Origin: Candidatus Binatia bacterium
GTDB lineage: Bacteria; Desulfobacterota; Binatia; Bin18
Assembly (NCBI GenBank): GCA_963667495.1
Contig: OY763426.1
Coordinates: forward strand, 1,347,615 to 1,411,614
Reading direction: 5' to 3'
Length of the DNA: 64,000 nucleotides
Below the pieces are notes generated by a model. It had not been told where the DNA came from. It was given only the letters and a program-made list of their open reading frames with translations, and did not search any database. Numbering within the stretch: the stretch's first letter is position 1; each line of letters begins with the position of its first letter. Of this stretch, positions 37,558 to 47,097 are shown one piece after another. Both the position numbers and the translations under genes were made by a program.

Positions 37558-38286
37558 ATGCCGCCCATCACCACACCGATCGTTGCCCTCCTCGTTCTAG
37601 GCGCGCTTGTGCACGTCCTGACAGTGCCGTCTCCCGCCAAGCAGGCAAATTTTTTTCCGCTCGCCCTGCATAACACCTGGACGCATGAGGTGAAATTCTC
37701 CGGGGGAGATTATCACTACTATATGACGGAAACCGTGATCCGAGACGATTTTCCGCTGCTTGACGGCGTGTCCTATATTGTTGCCGAGGAGTATGAACCC
37801 TTAACCGACAGAGCGCCTGAGGCGAAAAGCACGGTCGCCTACCTGCGCAAAGACGGCTTTCTCCTCCGCTACCCCTGGCTTGATTCCGAGCATGACACGG
37901 TGTGGGATACAAACCTTGGTGAAGGAATCGAACGAATTCTGCCCAGCCCCTATACCGAAGAGCGAAGTTGGGAGGCCGGGCTCCAAACCAAAGCCTGGCC
38001 GCTTGAGGGCGGTCAGAACGTGACGGCCTCGGCCCACGCGCGGATTGACCCTGTAGCGGTTCGGGTTCCAGCCGGAACGTTCCGCAACTGTCTGCGCGTG
38101 GAAACCCGGACAACCAGCAGGGTCGCTGACCCAAGACGCAAGACTGCTGAATTCCATCTCCACTATACCGAGTGGTACGCCCGAGGGGTGGGCCTGGTCA
38201 AAGCCATTAGCAGCGAAGGCGCGGGCACGCCGGTCAAAAGCGTCACCGAGTTAGTATCATACCGGATTCACACGCCGTTGGATTAA
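37558..38286 (+). CDS. Hypothetical secreted protein
   Basis: It has a signal peptide (MPPITTPIVALLVLGALVHVLTVPSPA). It is divergent from the ECF sigma gene. Confidence 0.5.
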   Translation: MPPITTPIVALLVLGALVHVLTVPSPAKQANFFPLALHNTWTHEVKFSGGDYHYYMTETVIRDDFPLLDGVSYIVAEEYEPLTDRAPEAKSTVAYLRKDGFLLRYPWLDSEHDTVWDTNLGEGIERILPSPYTEERSWEAGLQTKAWPLEGGQNVTASAHARIDPVAVRVPAGTFRNCLRVETRTTSRVADPRRKTAEFHLHYTEWYARGVGLVKAISSEGAGTPVKSVTELVSYRIHTPLD

Positions 38287-38448
38287 TGCTGGTCGCAGAC
38301 TGGAAAACTTGACAATCTCCACTCTCGCGCGACAGTCGCCGTTGGAAATCGATGGGCTTCACATCGACGTCCATATTTTACACGGCGATGTTTTCCCGAG
38401 TAACGGTTAGGGCTACAAATGGCGTGCGGCACGCTTTAGGAGGGTATC

Positions 38449-38667
38449 ATGGCTGATGCAGACGTAGGCTATCCCACAGACGGCCCGGTATGGACCGTGG
38501 TAGGTTATTACGCAGACAATTCCACAACCGGCGTGTACCATATTCATGCACGGGACGCGAAAGACCACATGCTTGAACAGATTGATCGAGGGGTTGAGGC
38601 TGGGGTGATAGACTCTGGTTTTATGACCGTCGCTATCTTTTCAGGAGCGCACCGCGATCTGTCGTAG
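38449..38667 (+). CDS. Small hypothetical protein
   Basis: 72 aa with a TAGGAGGG RBS. Confidence 0.4.
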   Translation: MADADVGYPTDGPVWTVVGYYADNSTTGVYHIHARDAKDHMLEQIDRGVEAGVIDSGFMTVAIFSGAHRDLS

Positions 38668-38832
38668 CTTGAGGATTCCGCATTATGGGGCGGTTTCTTG
38701 GGACTATCGCGTGAGAAACAATAATCCTTTAACCAGAGGAGGTCAGCATTGCTACGAAAACTGACTGACGTGTTGGAGGCTGTCGAGGGTAGAGCATTGG
38801 AGATTTGAGAGACGTTTAAGAGAACACGCAGT

Positions 38833-39672
38833 ATGAAAACGGCCAAGAGCAAAGTGCCTTTCAATTATAGAACTATAAGGGTTACGCAAAGCCGTATTGA
38901 CAAAGGGCTACTAGCCATCCCTGTATCCTTAATTGATTACTTTCCACAAAAAAAGGGGAAGATATATATCGCTTTTGGAGATGAAGAAGAAGGCACCGAG
39001 AAAAATTTCACCCCCTATACAAGTTCAAGCCGAGAGTGCCGAATCGGCGGCATGAGAGACTTCTATGAGAAGTTTCAGATAAAGGACAACGAAGAACTTG
39101 TTATTCAGATGATTGATGAATGCAAATATAGAATTCTCAAGGAAAGCCAATTTCAAATATCTATTGGGCAAGCAGAAAAACGTCTGGATAGGGCGAACGA
39201 CGAAAGAGATGCAGATTTGATGCTTAAACGCCTCTCGTCGATTACCAATTCTGAGTTCGACAAAGTTATGTATGGTGAGTTTTTTCGCTTATCGCAGAAA
39301 AGAATTGAAATAAGGGAATATAAGAGACCAAGAACTATAAGCACTAAAGAGAATGTACCGGCTTCAATACGCACGATCCTAGCTGAAATATACAAAGGTA
39401 AATGCCAAGTAAGTAACTTTGGATTTCTAATGGAAAATGGAAAGCCATATTTCGAATTGCATCACATAAGGGCGGACCTAGGACATCACTTAAAAAATCT
39501 TCTGGTAGTTAGTCCGAATGTCCATGCGCAATTCACATACGCTAAGGTGGAAGAATATTTTGATGAGCAGGGGTGGCTGAGAAAAGTAAAATTCAACGGT
39601 AGGACGTATCCGGTACATCATATTATTGATAATTTACCGGAGAGGTTTGAAAAAGAGACTCACTATACGTGA
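38833..39672 (+). CDS. HNH endonuclease with an N-terminal B3/EcoRII-N-like putative DNA-binding domain, in a low-GC island
   Basis: The C-terminus CQVSNFGF...YFELHHIRADLGHHLKNLLVVSPNVHAQF has HNH spacing (C..., HH, N, H). GC is clearly below the flanks. Confidence 0.6.
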   Translation: MKTAKSKVPFNYRTIRVTQSRIDKGLLAIPVSLIDYFPQKKGKIYIAFGDEEEGTEKNFTPYTSSSRECRIGGMRDFYEKFQIKDNEELVIQMIDECKYRILKESQFQISIGQAEKRLDRANDERDADLMLKRLSSITNSEFDKVMYGEFFRLSQKRIEIREYKRPRTISTKENVPASIRTILAEIYKGKCQVSNFGFLMENGKPYFELHHIRADLGHHLKNLLVVSPNVHAQFTYAKVEEYFDEQGWLRKVKFNGRTYPVHHIIDNLPERFEKETHYT

Positions 39673-39713
39673 TATCTTTAATTAGATAGCTTGAAGCGAG
39701 CCATAGTAAACAA

Positions 39714-39759
39714 CACAGCAAGTGTACGATGATTTATCTATCGTCGTACACTTGCTGTG
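39714..39759. repeat. 16-bp near-perfect inverted repeat (CACAGCAAGTGTACGA ... TCGTACACTTGCTGTG) with a 14-nt loop, immediately 3' of the HNH gene
   Basis: There is one mismatch. No U-tract follows. It could be a terminator, an island boundary or a nuclease site. Confidence 0.4.
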
Positions 39760-39877
39760 TGAGTCGGAGCAAACCGTACAGTATCGACGTGACTATCTCC
39801 TTGCCTCCGTATCTCAACGACCCCTTTCGCTTGACTTCCCATTCCGGTTTGCTAGGCAGCAAGGAGAGGGGGACAGG

Positions 39878-40753
39878 ATGTATCCCAGAGCCATCGAGAA
39901 CTATTTTGCGCCGACTGATGTCGCCGAGGTGCTGACGCTCCTCCAACAACATGGAGAGCAGGCAAAACTCCTGGCCGGCGGTCAGAGTCTGATGCCGCTG
40001 ATGAAACTGCGGCTGGCCGAGCCGCAGACCATTATCGATCTGAACCAGGTAGCGGCGCTTGACGACATCCGTGAGGAGAACGGTCGCCTCCACATCGGCG
40101 CGCTTGCCCGTCATGCTGACGTGGCTACCCACCCGCTCATTCTGCAATCCTATCCGCTCCTGGCGGACGCCGCTCGGAATATCGGCGACCCGCAAATCCG
40201 AAACCGGGGGACGATTGCCGGGAGTCTCGTCCATGCTGATCCTTCGGCTGATTATCCGCCGGCCGTCATGGCCTTGGACGGCCAACTCGTGGTGGCCAAG
40301 GCGGATGGTGGTACGCGGACGGTTGCGCTTGACGACTTTCTGGCCGGCCCGCTAATGAGCGATATTGGCGAGGATGAATTGGTCACGCGGATTGAAATTC
40401 CAGCGCCGGCCGCGCGTTCCGGTGGCGCCTATGCCAAGCACAGTCAGGTCGCCGGTGACTTTGCCATTATCAGCGTGGCGGCCCATATTACGCTCGGCCC
40501 GAGCGGGATATGCCAGCAGGCCAGCATCGTTGTCGGCGGCGTGATGCCCAAGCCGGGCCGGGCCGGGCAGGCTGCCAGTCTGCTGCAAGGAAAAGCCCTT
40601 GATGCGCCGCTCCTGACCCAGGCCGGCGAAGCTGCGGCCGAGGAAGTGGAAACCGAGGATGATGTCAGAGCATCGGCAGCCTATCGCAGCCAGCTTATTC
40701 GTGTCACGGTGCCGGAGGTGGTGCGTCAGGCCAGCACCCGAGCGGGGGAGTAA
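39878..40753 (+). CDS. Molybdopterin dehydrogenase FAD-binding (medium, CoxM/XdhB-like) subunit
   Basis: KLLAGGQSLMPLMKLRLAEPQTIIDL...RNRGTIAGSL is the FAD-binding signature. An AAGGAGAGGGGGA RBS lies upstream, and the start was trimmed from the track ORF. Confidence 0.85.
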   Translation: MYPRAIENYFAPTDVAEVLTLLQQHGEQAKLLAGGQSLMPLMKLRLAEPQTIIDLNQVAALDDIREENGRLHIGALARHADVATHPLILQSYPLLADAARNIGDPQIRNRGTIAGSLVHADPSADYPPAVMALDGQLVVAKADGGTRTVALDDFLAGPLMSDIGEDELVTRIEIPAPAARSGGAYAKHSQVAGDFAIISVAAHITLGPSGICQQASIVVGGVMPKPGRAGQAASLLQGKALDAPLLTQAGEAAAEEVETEDDVRASAAYRSQLIRVTVPEVVRQASTRAGE

Positions 40754-40789
40754 ACGCCCCTTCCATATTTACTCTTGAGGAGAGTCGGC

Positions 40790-41296
40790 ATGAAACGGAG
40801 CATAGGCATAACGATTAACGGCGAAGTCTACGAGGAGACGGTTGACCTGCGTCTCTTGCTGGTTGACTTCATCCGCGAGGTGGCGGGACTGACGGGAACG
40901 CATGTCGGCTGCTCGGTCGAAGGGCGCTGCGGGGCGTGTACGGTGGTTCTGAACGGCAAGGCCGTCAAGGCGTGTCTGCTGTTGGCGGTTCAGGCCGATG
41001 GGGCCAGTGTGCTGACCATTGAGGGCCTGGCGAGGGATGACGCGCTCCATCCCATTCAAGACGGTTTCTGGGAAAAGCACGGTTTGCAGTGCGGGTTCTG
41101 TACGCCCGGCTTGCTGATGACCTTGTACGAGTTTCTCCAGAACCCCAAGCATTCGGACGAAGAGATCCGCACCGCCATGTCGGGGGTCATCTGCCGCTGT
41201 ACCGGCTATGTCCATATCGTCGAGGCGGTCAAGCACGCCATCGCCACGGTCGAAGCGCTGCCGCCACAAGAGCGCAAAGAATGGTTTAATGAGTAA
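40790..41296 (+). CDS. [2Fe-2S] small subunit of molybdopterin hydroxylase (CoxS-like)
   Basis: CSVEGRCGACTV...CGFCTPG...CRCTGY are the two Fe-S motifs. Confidence 0.9.
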   Translation: MKRSIGITINGEVYEETVDLRLLLVDFIREVAGLTGTHVGCSVEGRCGACTVVLNGKAVKACLLLAVQADGASVLTIEGLARDDALHPIQDGFWEKHGLQCGFCTPGLLMTLYEFLQNPKHSDEEIRTAMSGVICRCTGYVHIVEAVKHAIATVEALPPQERKEWFNE

Positions 41297-41312
41297 ACAG
41301 AGGGAGCGCATC

Positions 41313-43679
41313 ATGGCTAGTGCCAATGCCTGGGTCGGACAATCCATTAAACGCAAAGAAGATCGCCGTTTATTAGTTGGGGACGGACAATATCTGCCGG
41401 ATATCGTCCTGCCACGTATGGTCGTCATGGGCTTTGTGCGCAGCATCTACGCCCACGCGAAAATCACGGCCATCGACACTGCTCAGGCGGCTGCCCTGCC
41501 CGGCGTGCGGACTGTGCTCACTGGCGCAGATGTCAAACACCTCGGGTCGGTGCTGTCGGACATGAGTACGCCGAATCTGCCCGGCGAGACCAAACGGCCG
41601 ATCTTCTGGCCGCTGTCGATTGACGAGGTGAAATACGTCGGCGACCCGCTGGCGGTTGTGGTCGCCCGCGATAAATATACCCTCGAAGACGCGCTTGAGC
41701 TGGTAGACGTCGAGTATGATCCGCTCGATATCGTTCTTGACCCCGAGCACGCCCTCCAGCCTGACGCGCCGCGTCTCTATCCCGACTGGGGCGACAATGT
41801 GCTCTACCATCAGCATATTCCCGCCGGCGACCCTGATGCGGCCTTTGCCCAGGCGGACCTGGTCGTCAAGGAACGCTTTCGGTGCCACCGCACCGGCGGC
41901 CAGCCCATGGAGACGCGTGGCTGCCTGGCCATGTATAACCCCGGTGAGGGGCTGACTTTGTGGCTCACTACCCAGCGCCCGCACATCAAACGCCACCTGC
42001 TGGCCGAATACCTCAACATTCCACACAGCCAGATGCGGGTGATTATGCCCAAAGACATGGGCGGCGCGTTCGGGACCAAGGCGCCGCTCTATCGGGAAGA
42101 ACTCCTGGCCTGTCACTTGGCCATGAAACTCCGCCGTCCGGTCAAATGGGTCGAGAACCGTCAAGAAAGTTTGATGAATGTGGGCCAGGGCCGCGATCAG
42201 ATTCATGAGCTGGAACTGGCCGTAAAGAAGGACGGCACCATTATCGGCCTACGGGATCGGATTCTGGCCGATTGCGGCGACGCCCGGACTGCTATTTACG
42301 TCGGCTTTGCCATGCCCTTTTTGGGCGCGATGTACCTTATCAACGGCTATGACATTCCCAACGTGGATATCGACCTCACCTGTGTAGTGACCAATAAAGC
42401 CTGTCTGACGCCAAGCCGGGCGTTCGGTTCGTTCGCCGGGCGCTTCGCACTTGACCGGGCGGTTGAACTGGCCGCCCGCGCTTTGGAGATGGATCCGGTT
42501 GAGATTCGTCTCAAAAACGCCATCAAGACCTTCCCGCACGTCTCAGCGGTGGGCGTCCACGTAGACTCGGGCGACTTTCCCGGCTCGTTTGCCAAGGCGT
42601 GCGCTGCGCTGGATTACGACAATTTTCGTAAAGAACAGTCCGAGGCGTGGCAAAACGGGCGCTATCTGGGCGTCGGCTTCAGCATGGGAGTAGAAATTTC
42701 CGGTGTGCCCTCGGAGGTGCTGGTCCCCATGGAACGGCAGCCCGGCTTTGGCGTGGCAACGGTCCAGTTCGATGCGCACGGCAAAGTTCAGGTGGCCGAG
42801 GGCGACTCGCCGCACGGCCAGGGGCATGAGACGACGATCGCTCAGGTCGTCGCCGACGAACTCGGCCTGTCACCTGAGGATATTTACGTCACATATGGTG
42901 ATACCCATTCCGGTCCCTTTGCCGCGGGTACCATTGGCTCTCGCGGCGCCTCCTATACGCTCAGCGCTGCGGTGCTGGCCGCGCGCGCCCTGCGGCCCAA
43001 GATGGCCAATATTGCCGCCCACCTGCTGCATATCGAGGCCGGCGAGGACGACTTTGTCTTTCGCGACGGATACGCAATTTTGACCAGAGACGAAAGCCAG
43101 CGCGTGCCGATTGCCAAGATTGCCGAGGTGGCGCTGCTCTCTCCGACCGAACTGCCACCGGGCATGGAGGCCGGCCTTGAGCATACGTCCCACTTTGAAG
43201 CCGAAACCGCCGGCATGCATAGCTGTAACGTCCATGCGGCCCAGGTCGAAGTGTTTCCTGAAACAGGTGAGTATAAAATTATGCGCTATGTTGCGGTGGA
43301 CGATGCCGGGCAGCCCATTAATCCCATGGTCGTTCGGGGCCAAATCCATGGCGAAGTGGCCATGGGGATAGGCAATGCGTGTATGGAAGAGTTTATCTAC
43401 GACGAAAACGGCCAGCAACTCACGACCACGCTGTTGGATTACCACATCCCCTCCTCCCTCGATCTTCCGCATATCGAAACCATCGAACACAACGTTCCCT
43501 CGCCGCACACCCCGTTAGGTTCAAAGGGAAAGGGCGAGGGTACCCCCGGCATGGTGCCGGCCGCGGTGGCGAATGCGCTTGAGGACGCCTTGCAACCGCT
43601 GGGCGTCAAAATCACGGACCTGCCGCTCACGCCAGAGCGAATTTGGAAGCTGATTCAGGCGGCGCAGTCAAAGGAATAG
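41313..43679 (+). CDS. Molybdopterin-binding large subunit of the xanthine dehydrogenase / aerobic CO dehydrogenase family
   Basis: 788 aa with a conserved N-terminus (GQSIKRKEDRRLLVGDGQYLPD). Neither the VAYRCSFR nor the AYRGAGR CODH active-site loop was recognised, so this is a generic Mo-hydroxylase. Confidence 0.85.
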   Translation: MASANAWVGQSIKRKEDRRLLVGDGQYLPDIVLPRMVVMGFVRSIYAHAKITAIDTAQAAALPGVRTVLTGADVKHLGSVLSDMSTPNLPGETKRPIFWPLSIDEVKYVGDPLAVVVARDKYTLEDALELVDVEYDPLDIVLDPEHALQPDAPRLYPDWGDNVLYHQHIPAGDPDAAFAQADLVVKERFRCHRTGGQPMETRGCLAMYNPGEGLTLWLTTQRPHIKRHLLAEYLNIPHSQMRVIMPKDMGGAFGTKAPLYREELLACHLAMKLRRPVKWVENRQESLMNVGQGRDQIHELELAVKKDGTIIGLRDRILADCGDARTAIYVGFAMPFLGAMYLINGYDIPNVDIDLTCVVTNKACLTPSRAFGSFAGRFALDRAVELAARALEMDPVEIRLKNAIKTFPHVSAVGVHVDSGDFPGSFAKACAALDYDNFRKEQSEAWQNGRYLGVGFSMGVEISGVPSEVLVPMERQPGFGVATVQFDAHGKVQVAEGDSPHGQGHETTIAQVVADELGLSPEDIYVTYGDTHSGPFAAGTIGSRGASYTLSAAVLAARALRPKMANIAAHLLHIEAGEDDFVFRDGYAILTRDESQRVPIAKIAEVALLSPTELPPGMEAGLEHTSHFEAETAGMHSCNVHAAQVEVFPETGEYKIMRYVAVDDAGQPINPMVVRGQIHGEVAMGIGNACMEEFIYDENGQQLTTTLLDYHIPSSLDLPHIETIEHNVPSPHTPLGSKGKGEGTPGMVPAAVANALEDALQPLGVKITDLPLTPERIWKLIQAAQSKE

Positions 43680-43738
43680 GCGTAGGAAGACTTCGTCGTT
43701 GCTCCTCGGGGAAACAGGGAGCCTCAGACGCAGGTTGT

Positions 43739-44170
43739 TCAGAGACCGGATGAGATTTTGTTTTCTTTCAGTTGCTCCTCAAGACCTTTCAGATCTCCGA
43801 GAACCCAAACATCGGTGATGAGCTCCCCATCGAATGTGAACAACGCACACCCGCCCCAGGTCACCCGCTTGCCGGTTGGTCTGAACCCCATGAAGTCGCC
43901 CCGGTGAAGACCTGAGAAGGACATTTTCGTGAATACCTTGATTTGCTCCGCTACCAATTCCTCAATCGTACAGCAGTATTCTCCAAGGGCATAGTGAACC
44001 ATATCGACATATTCCGCGAACCCCTGATGTCCTCTCTTTTCCTGGCCAAGCGACCCTCGGAATGTGCAATCTTGATGGAGTACCGTTGGGATGGCTTCTT
44101 TATCGTGCGCGTCCCAGAGCACTTCATAGAAGCGGCGGACTTGTTGTTTGTATTTGTTCACTTTCAGATA
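43739..44170 (-). CDS. SnoaL-like ester cyclase (start uncertain)
   Basis: QQVRRFYEVLWDAHDKEAIPTVLHQDCTFRGSLGQ is the ester-cyclase family pattern. The track ORF 43739..44281 probably starts too far upstream. Confidence 0.55.
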   Translation of the reverse strand, partial: YLKVNKYKQQVRRFYEVLWDAHDKEAIPTVLHQDCTFRGSLGQEKRGHQGFAEYVDMVHYALGEYCCTIEELVAEQIKVFTKMSFSGLHRGDFMGFRPTGKRVTWGGCALFTFDGELITDVWVLGDLKGLEEQLKENKISSGL

Positions 44171-44265
44171 CCATGTCACATTCTGACCTGCACTGTCACC
44201 CCGGTCCGAGTGGCCAATTATCAAGGTCTGGCTGAGGTGATACGGCAAGGGCAGAGAAAGGAGGG

Positions 44266-45036
44266 ATGAGTATGGCATCACTGACTGGGAGAGTGGCCAT
44301 CGTGACCGGGGCGGCGCGGGGGATCGGCCAGGAATACTGCTGTGCCTTTGTGCGGGAGGGAGCCCGGGTGGTTGCAGCCGACGTCCTGTCGTGCGAGGAG
44401 ACCGTCGCCAGGGTCCGGGACTCGGGGGGCGAGGTGGTGGTGGTGACCACCGATGTCACGAGTGCCCAGAGCACCGAAGCCATGGCCGCCGCAGCGATCG
44501 AGCGTTTTGGTCAGATCGATATTCTGGTCAATAATGCGGCTTTGTATGGGGGGATGTGGGTCGGCCCGTTCGATCAGATCTCGGAAGCCGACTGGGATCG
44601 GATGATGGAGGTGAATGTCAAAGGCATCTGGCTGTGCTGTAAGGCGGTCGTGCCGACGATGAAAGAACAGGGCAAAGGCAAAATCATTAATGTTTCGTCG
44701 AGTACGATCTGGGCTGGTGATCCGTTTGCTCTCCATTACGTTGCCTCAAAGGGGGCGGTGTTTTCCCTCACGCGCGCGCTGGCGAGAGAACTCGCCGGGA
44801 CGGGGATTAATGTGAACGCCATCACCCCCGGCCACACGATGACCGAAGCGAGCAAGACGATACTCGATCCCGAAACCTTTGAACGGTTCCGGCGGCAGTC
44901 GGTCAAGCGGCAGATTATCAAGCGGAACGAAGAGCCGGCAGACGTGGCGGGGACAGTCCTCTTTTTAGCGTCGGATGCGAGTGACTTTATGAGCGGGCAA
45001 ACGCTCAATATCGATGGCGGGCGGTGCCATTACTGA
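44266..45036 (+). CDS. SDR family oxidoreductase
   Basis: TGRVAIVTGAARGIGQEY, NNAA and the YxxxK catalytic tetrad context are present. Confidence 0.85.
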   Translation: MSMASLTGRVAIVTGAARGIGQEYCCAFVREGARVVAADVLSCEETVARVRDSGGEVVVVTTDVTSAQSTEAMAAAAIERFGQIDILVNNAALYGGMWVGPFDQISEADWDRMMEVNVKGIWLCCKAVVPTMKEQGKGKIINVSSSTIWAGDPFALHYVASKGAVFSLTRALARELAGTGINVNAITPGHTMTEASKTILDPETFERFRRQSVKRQIIKRNEEPADVAGTVLFLASDASDFMSGQTLNIDGGRCHY

Positions 45037-45068
45037 CGACCGACCGGAATAAGCAATTTTCTTCCGCC

Positions 45069-45629
45069 TTACATCTTGACCTGCACCGTCACTCCGGTCC
45101 GAGCGACCAGATTCTTTTTGTCAAGGTCCGGCCCGTGCGCTTCCCCCTCAACGACATTGTCGGGCATGAGGTTCTGCGTGGTCTCCCGGCGCAGGATAAC
45201 GATCACGTTTGACTGATCGACCAGGGCAAACGGAAATTCATGCCAAGTTCCGACCTTCATCGTAAAGCCAGACGAGCCGTCGAACAGGAGCGCTCGGGCC
45301 TGTTCAAGGTCCGGCAGGTCGTTCTCGGTTGGTGGAGCGAGGACAACGACGAACGGCTTTCCCTCAAGCGGAATGAAGGTCTGTGTATGCTTGAAATGGC
45401 GCTCCATCCATTGGACCTGCATCTCGCGGCGGTCAACGCTGGCCAGGGTGAGCATGGTCTCTTCGTCGGACTCGAATGTCACCGGAGCGTAGACGCTGAC
45501 CTTGCCGTCATAGAAGGCGACCGGAAGCGGCTTGGCCTGCTCATGGATGCCGAGCAGTTGTCCGAATGGCGCAACCGTTTTAGGGGTGGCCTGTTCTACG
45601 GGAATCTCATGGATGGTTGGGGTTGTCAT
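45069..45629 (-). CDS. Ureidoglycolate lyase (AllA-like cupin)
   Basis: 186 aa. The AllA family pattern is present (FIPLEG, KVGTWHEFPFAL). Confidence 0.65.
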   Translation of the reverse strand: MTTPTIHEIPVEQATPKTVAPFGQLLGIHEQAKPLPVAFYDGKVSVYAPVTFESDEETMLTLASVDRREMQVQWMERHFKHTQTFIPLEGKPFVVVLAPPTENDLPDLEQARALLFDGSSGFTMKVGTWHEFPFALVDQSNVIVILRRETTQNLMPDNVVEGEAHGPDLDKKNLVARTGVTVQVKM

Positions 45630-45754
45630 ACGAGACCCTCCTTTGTGGAGATTGTGCCTAGCCCGGAGCCATTCGACAACCTGGCATATCCTAGTGCTCT
45701 CTCCAGGGAATAGATATCCTCTGTCAAACCCAACGAGAAGAAGAAGAGGACATC

Positions 45755-46426
45755 ATGGTCGAGACCGATCTATTTGACATCATGTATTCGTGTCGGAGTA
45801 TGCGCCGACTCAAGACCGACCCTGTGCCGTTCGAGCTGATTCACAAAGTGATTGAGGCCGGTACTCAGGGACCGAGTGGTGGTGGTGTGCAGGCCTGGCG
45901 CTTTGTGGTGGTCACCGAACAGCAGATAAAGGAACAGATTGCCGAGATCTATCTGCGCGGCTGGCGCGGTGCGGAAGCTAATTATGCCAAGGCCGGACTG
46001 ACGCCAGAGAATAGCAAGAACGTGCGCGCGGCCGCCTATCTGGCCGAGCACTTGGCTGAGGCTCCGGTCCTGCTTATCCCCTGTCTCCGCGCGCGCAAGA
46101 GTCACGCAGCCCGTCTCAATGGGCCGCACAGAGAAACCTTTTTGCGGATTCTGGGCGGGAGTATCTATCCCGCAATCCAGAATATGCTGCTGGCGTGCCG
46201 AGCCCTCGGTCTCGGTGCCTCGCTCACGACGATTACGACGCTATATGAGGACGAGATGCGGAAAATTCTCGACCTGCCCGAATTTATTACGACCTATGCG
46301 CTCATTCCGATCGGATACCCCAAAGGCAAATTCGGGCCGGTGACCCGCCGCCCGGTCGAAGAGGTGGCCTGGTTGAATCGATATGGGGAGGCGTTTCCAC
46401 AGCAAGGGGATACGAAAAACCCGTAG
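45755..46426 (+). CDS. Nitroreductase family protein
   Basis: RSMRRLKTDPVPFELIHKVIEAGTQGPSGGGVQAWRFVVV is the nitroreductase fold signature. Confidence 0.8.
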   Translation: MVETDLFDIMYSCRSMRRLKTDPVPFELIHKVIEAGTQGPSGGGVQAWRFVVVTEQQIKEQIAEIYLRGWRGAEANYAKAGLTPENSKNVRAAAYLAEHLAEAPVLLIPCLRARKSHAARLNGPHRETFLRILGGSIYPAIQNMLLACRALGLGASLTTITTLYEDEMRKILDLPEFITTYALIPIGYPKGKFGPVTRRPVEEVAWLNRYGEAFPQQGDTKNP

Positions 46427-46496
46427 GGGCGATCCCCCCGTGGTCGCCCAGGTAGGGCGGGCAGCCACAGGGGGCTGCCCCTACGGGTTTTTTTTC
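46415..46496. terminator. Bidirectional intrinsic terminator between convergent genes
   Basis: AAAAACCCGTAGGGGC ... GCCCCTACGGGTTTTTTTT is a long GC stem with internal sub-hairpins. An A-tract lies on one side and a T-tract on the other, so it can act on both strands. Confidence 0.65.
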
Positions 46497-46987
46497 AACT
46501 CGGGGAAAAGGTCGCGCTTGGGGACATGCGCCTTTTTCCAGACCATCACGTTGCGCGTATACTGACACACCAAGGTGCCGTCTTGCTTGACTCCCCGCGT
46601 CTCAACTTTGACGATGCCCCACTGTGGCTTGGACTTGGATTCGCGCTTCTCCAGGACTTCCGACTCGGAATACAGCGTATCGCCGGCAAACACCGGATTC
46701 GGGAGGGTGACGTTGTCCCAGCCCAGGTTAAAACCGTTCTCGCTCACGTCGGCGACACCGAGCCCGGCAACAATAGCCAGGGTGAGCCCGCTGTTAATCA
46801 GGCATTGGCCGAATTCGGTCTGCTTACCGTATTCGTTGTTAAAATGAATTTGATTGGTGTTACAGGTCAGTAAAGTGAACCAGGTATTATCCGTCTCGGT
46901 CACCGTCCGCCCCAAACGACAGCGATAGACATCCCCGATTTCAAAGTCTTCGTAGCATCGTCCTTCCCAGCCAGGTTTGACCGCCAT
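46481..46987 (-). CDS. MaoC-like (R)-specific enoyl-CoA hydratase / hotdog-fold protein
   Basis: FEIGDVYRCRLGRTVTETDNTWFTLLTCNTNQIHFNNEY is the MaoC dehydratase signature. Confidence 0.8.
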   Translation of the reverse strand: MAVKPGWEGRCYEDFEIGDVYRCRLGRTVTETDNTWFTLLTCNTNQIHFNNEYGKQTEFGQCLINSGLTLAIVAGLGVADVSENGFNLGWDNVTLPNPVFAGDTLYSESEVLEKRESKSKPQWGIVKVETRGVKQDGTLVCQYTRNVMVWKKAHVPKRDLFPELKKNP

Positions 46988-47097
46988 AAGAACCTCCTTA
47001 CATAGTCAGGTGTAGGTCGCAGTGTACCACAGGACCTCTGCCCGGAGGAGTATGGGACGGGAGCCCAGGGCTATCCTTCTGAGTAAGGGAGTGCCTC

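Noticed and set aside
39722-39877. N-terminal extension of the coxM ORF (MYDDLSIVVHLL...)
   Set aside because: It overlaps the inverted-repeat hairpin. The conserved FAD-binding subunit begins at MYPRAIENYF, which has a strong RBS.
41208-41312. Extension of the coxL ORF overlapping coxS
   Set aside because: The conserved large-subunit N-terminus begins at MASANAWVGQSIKRKEDRRLL (41313). The upstream part is in the coxS reading context.
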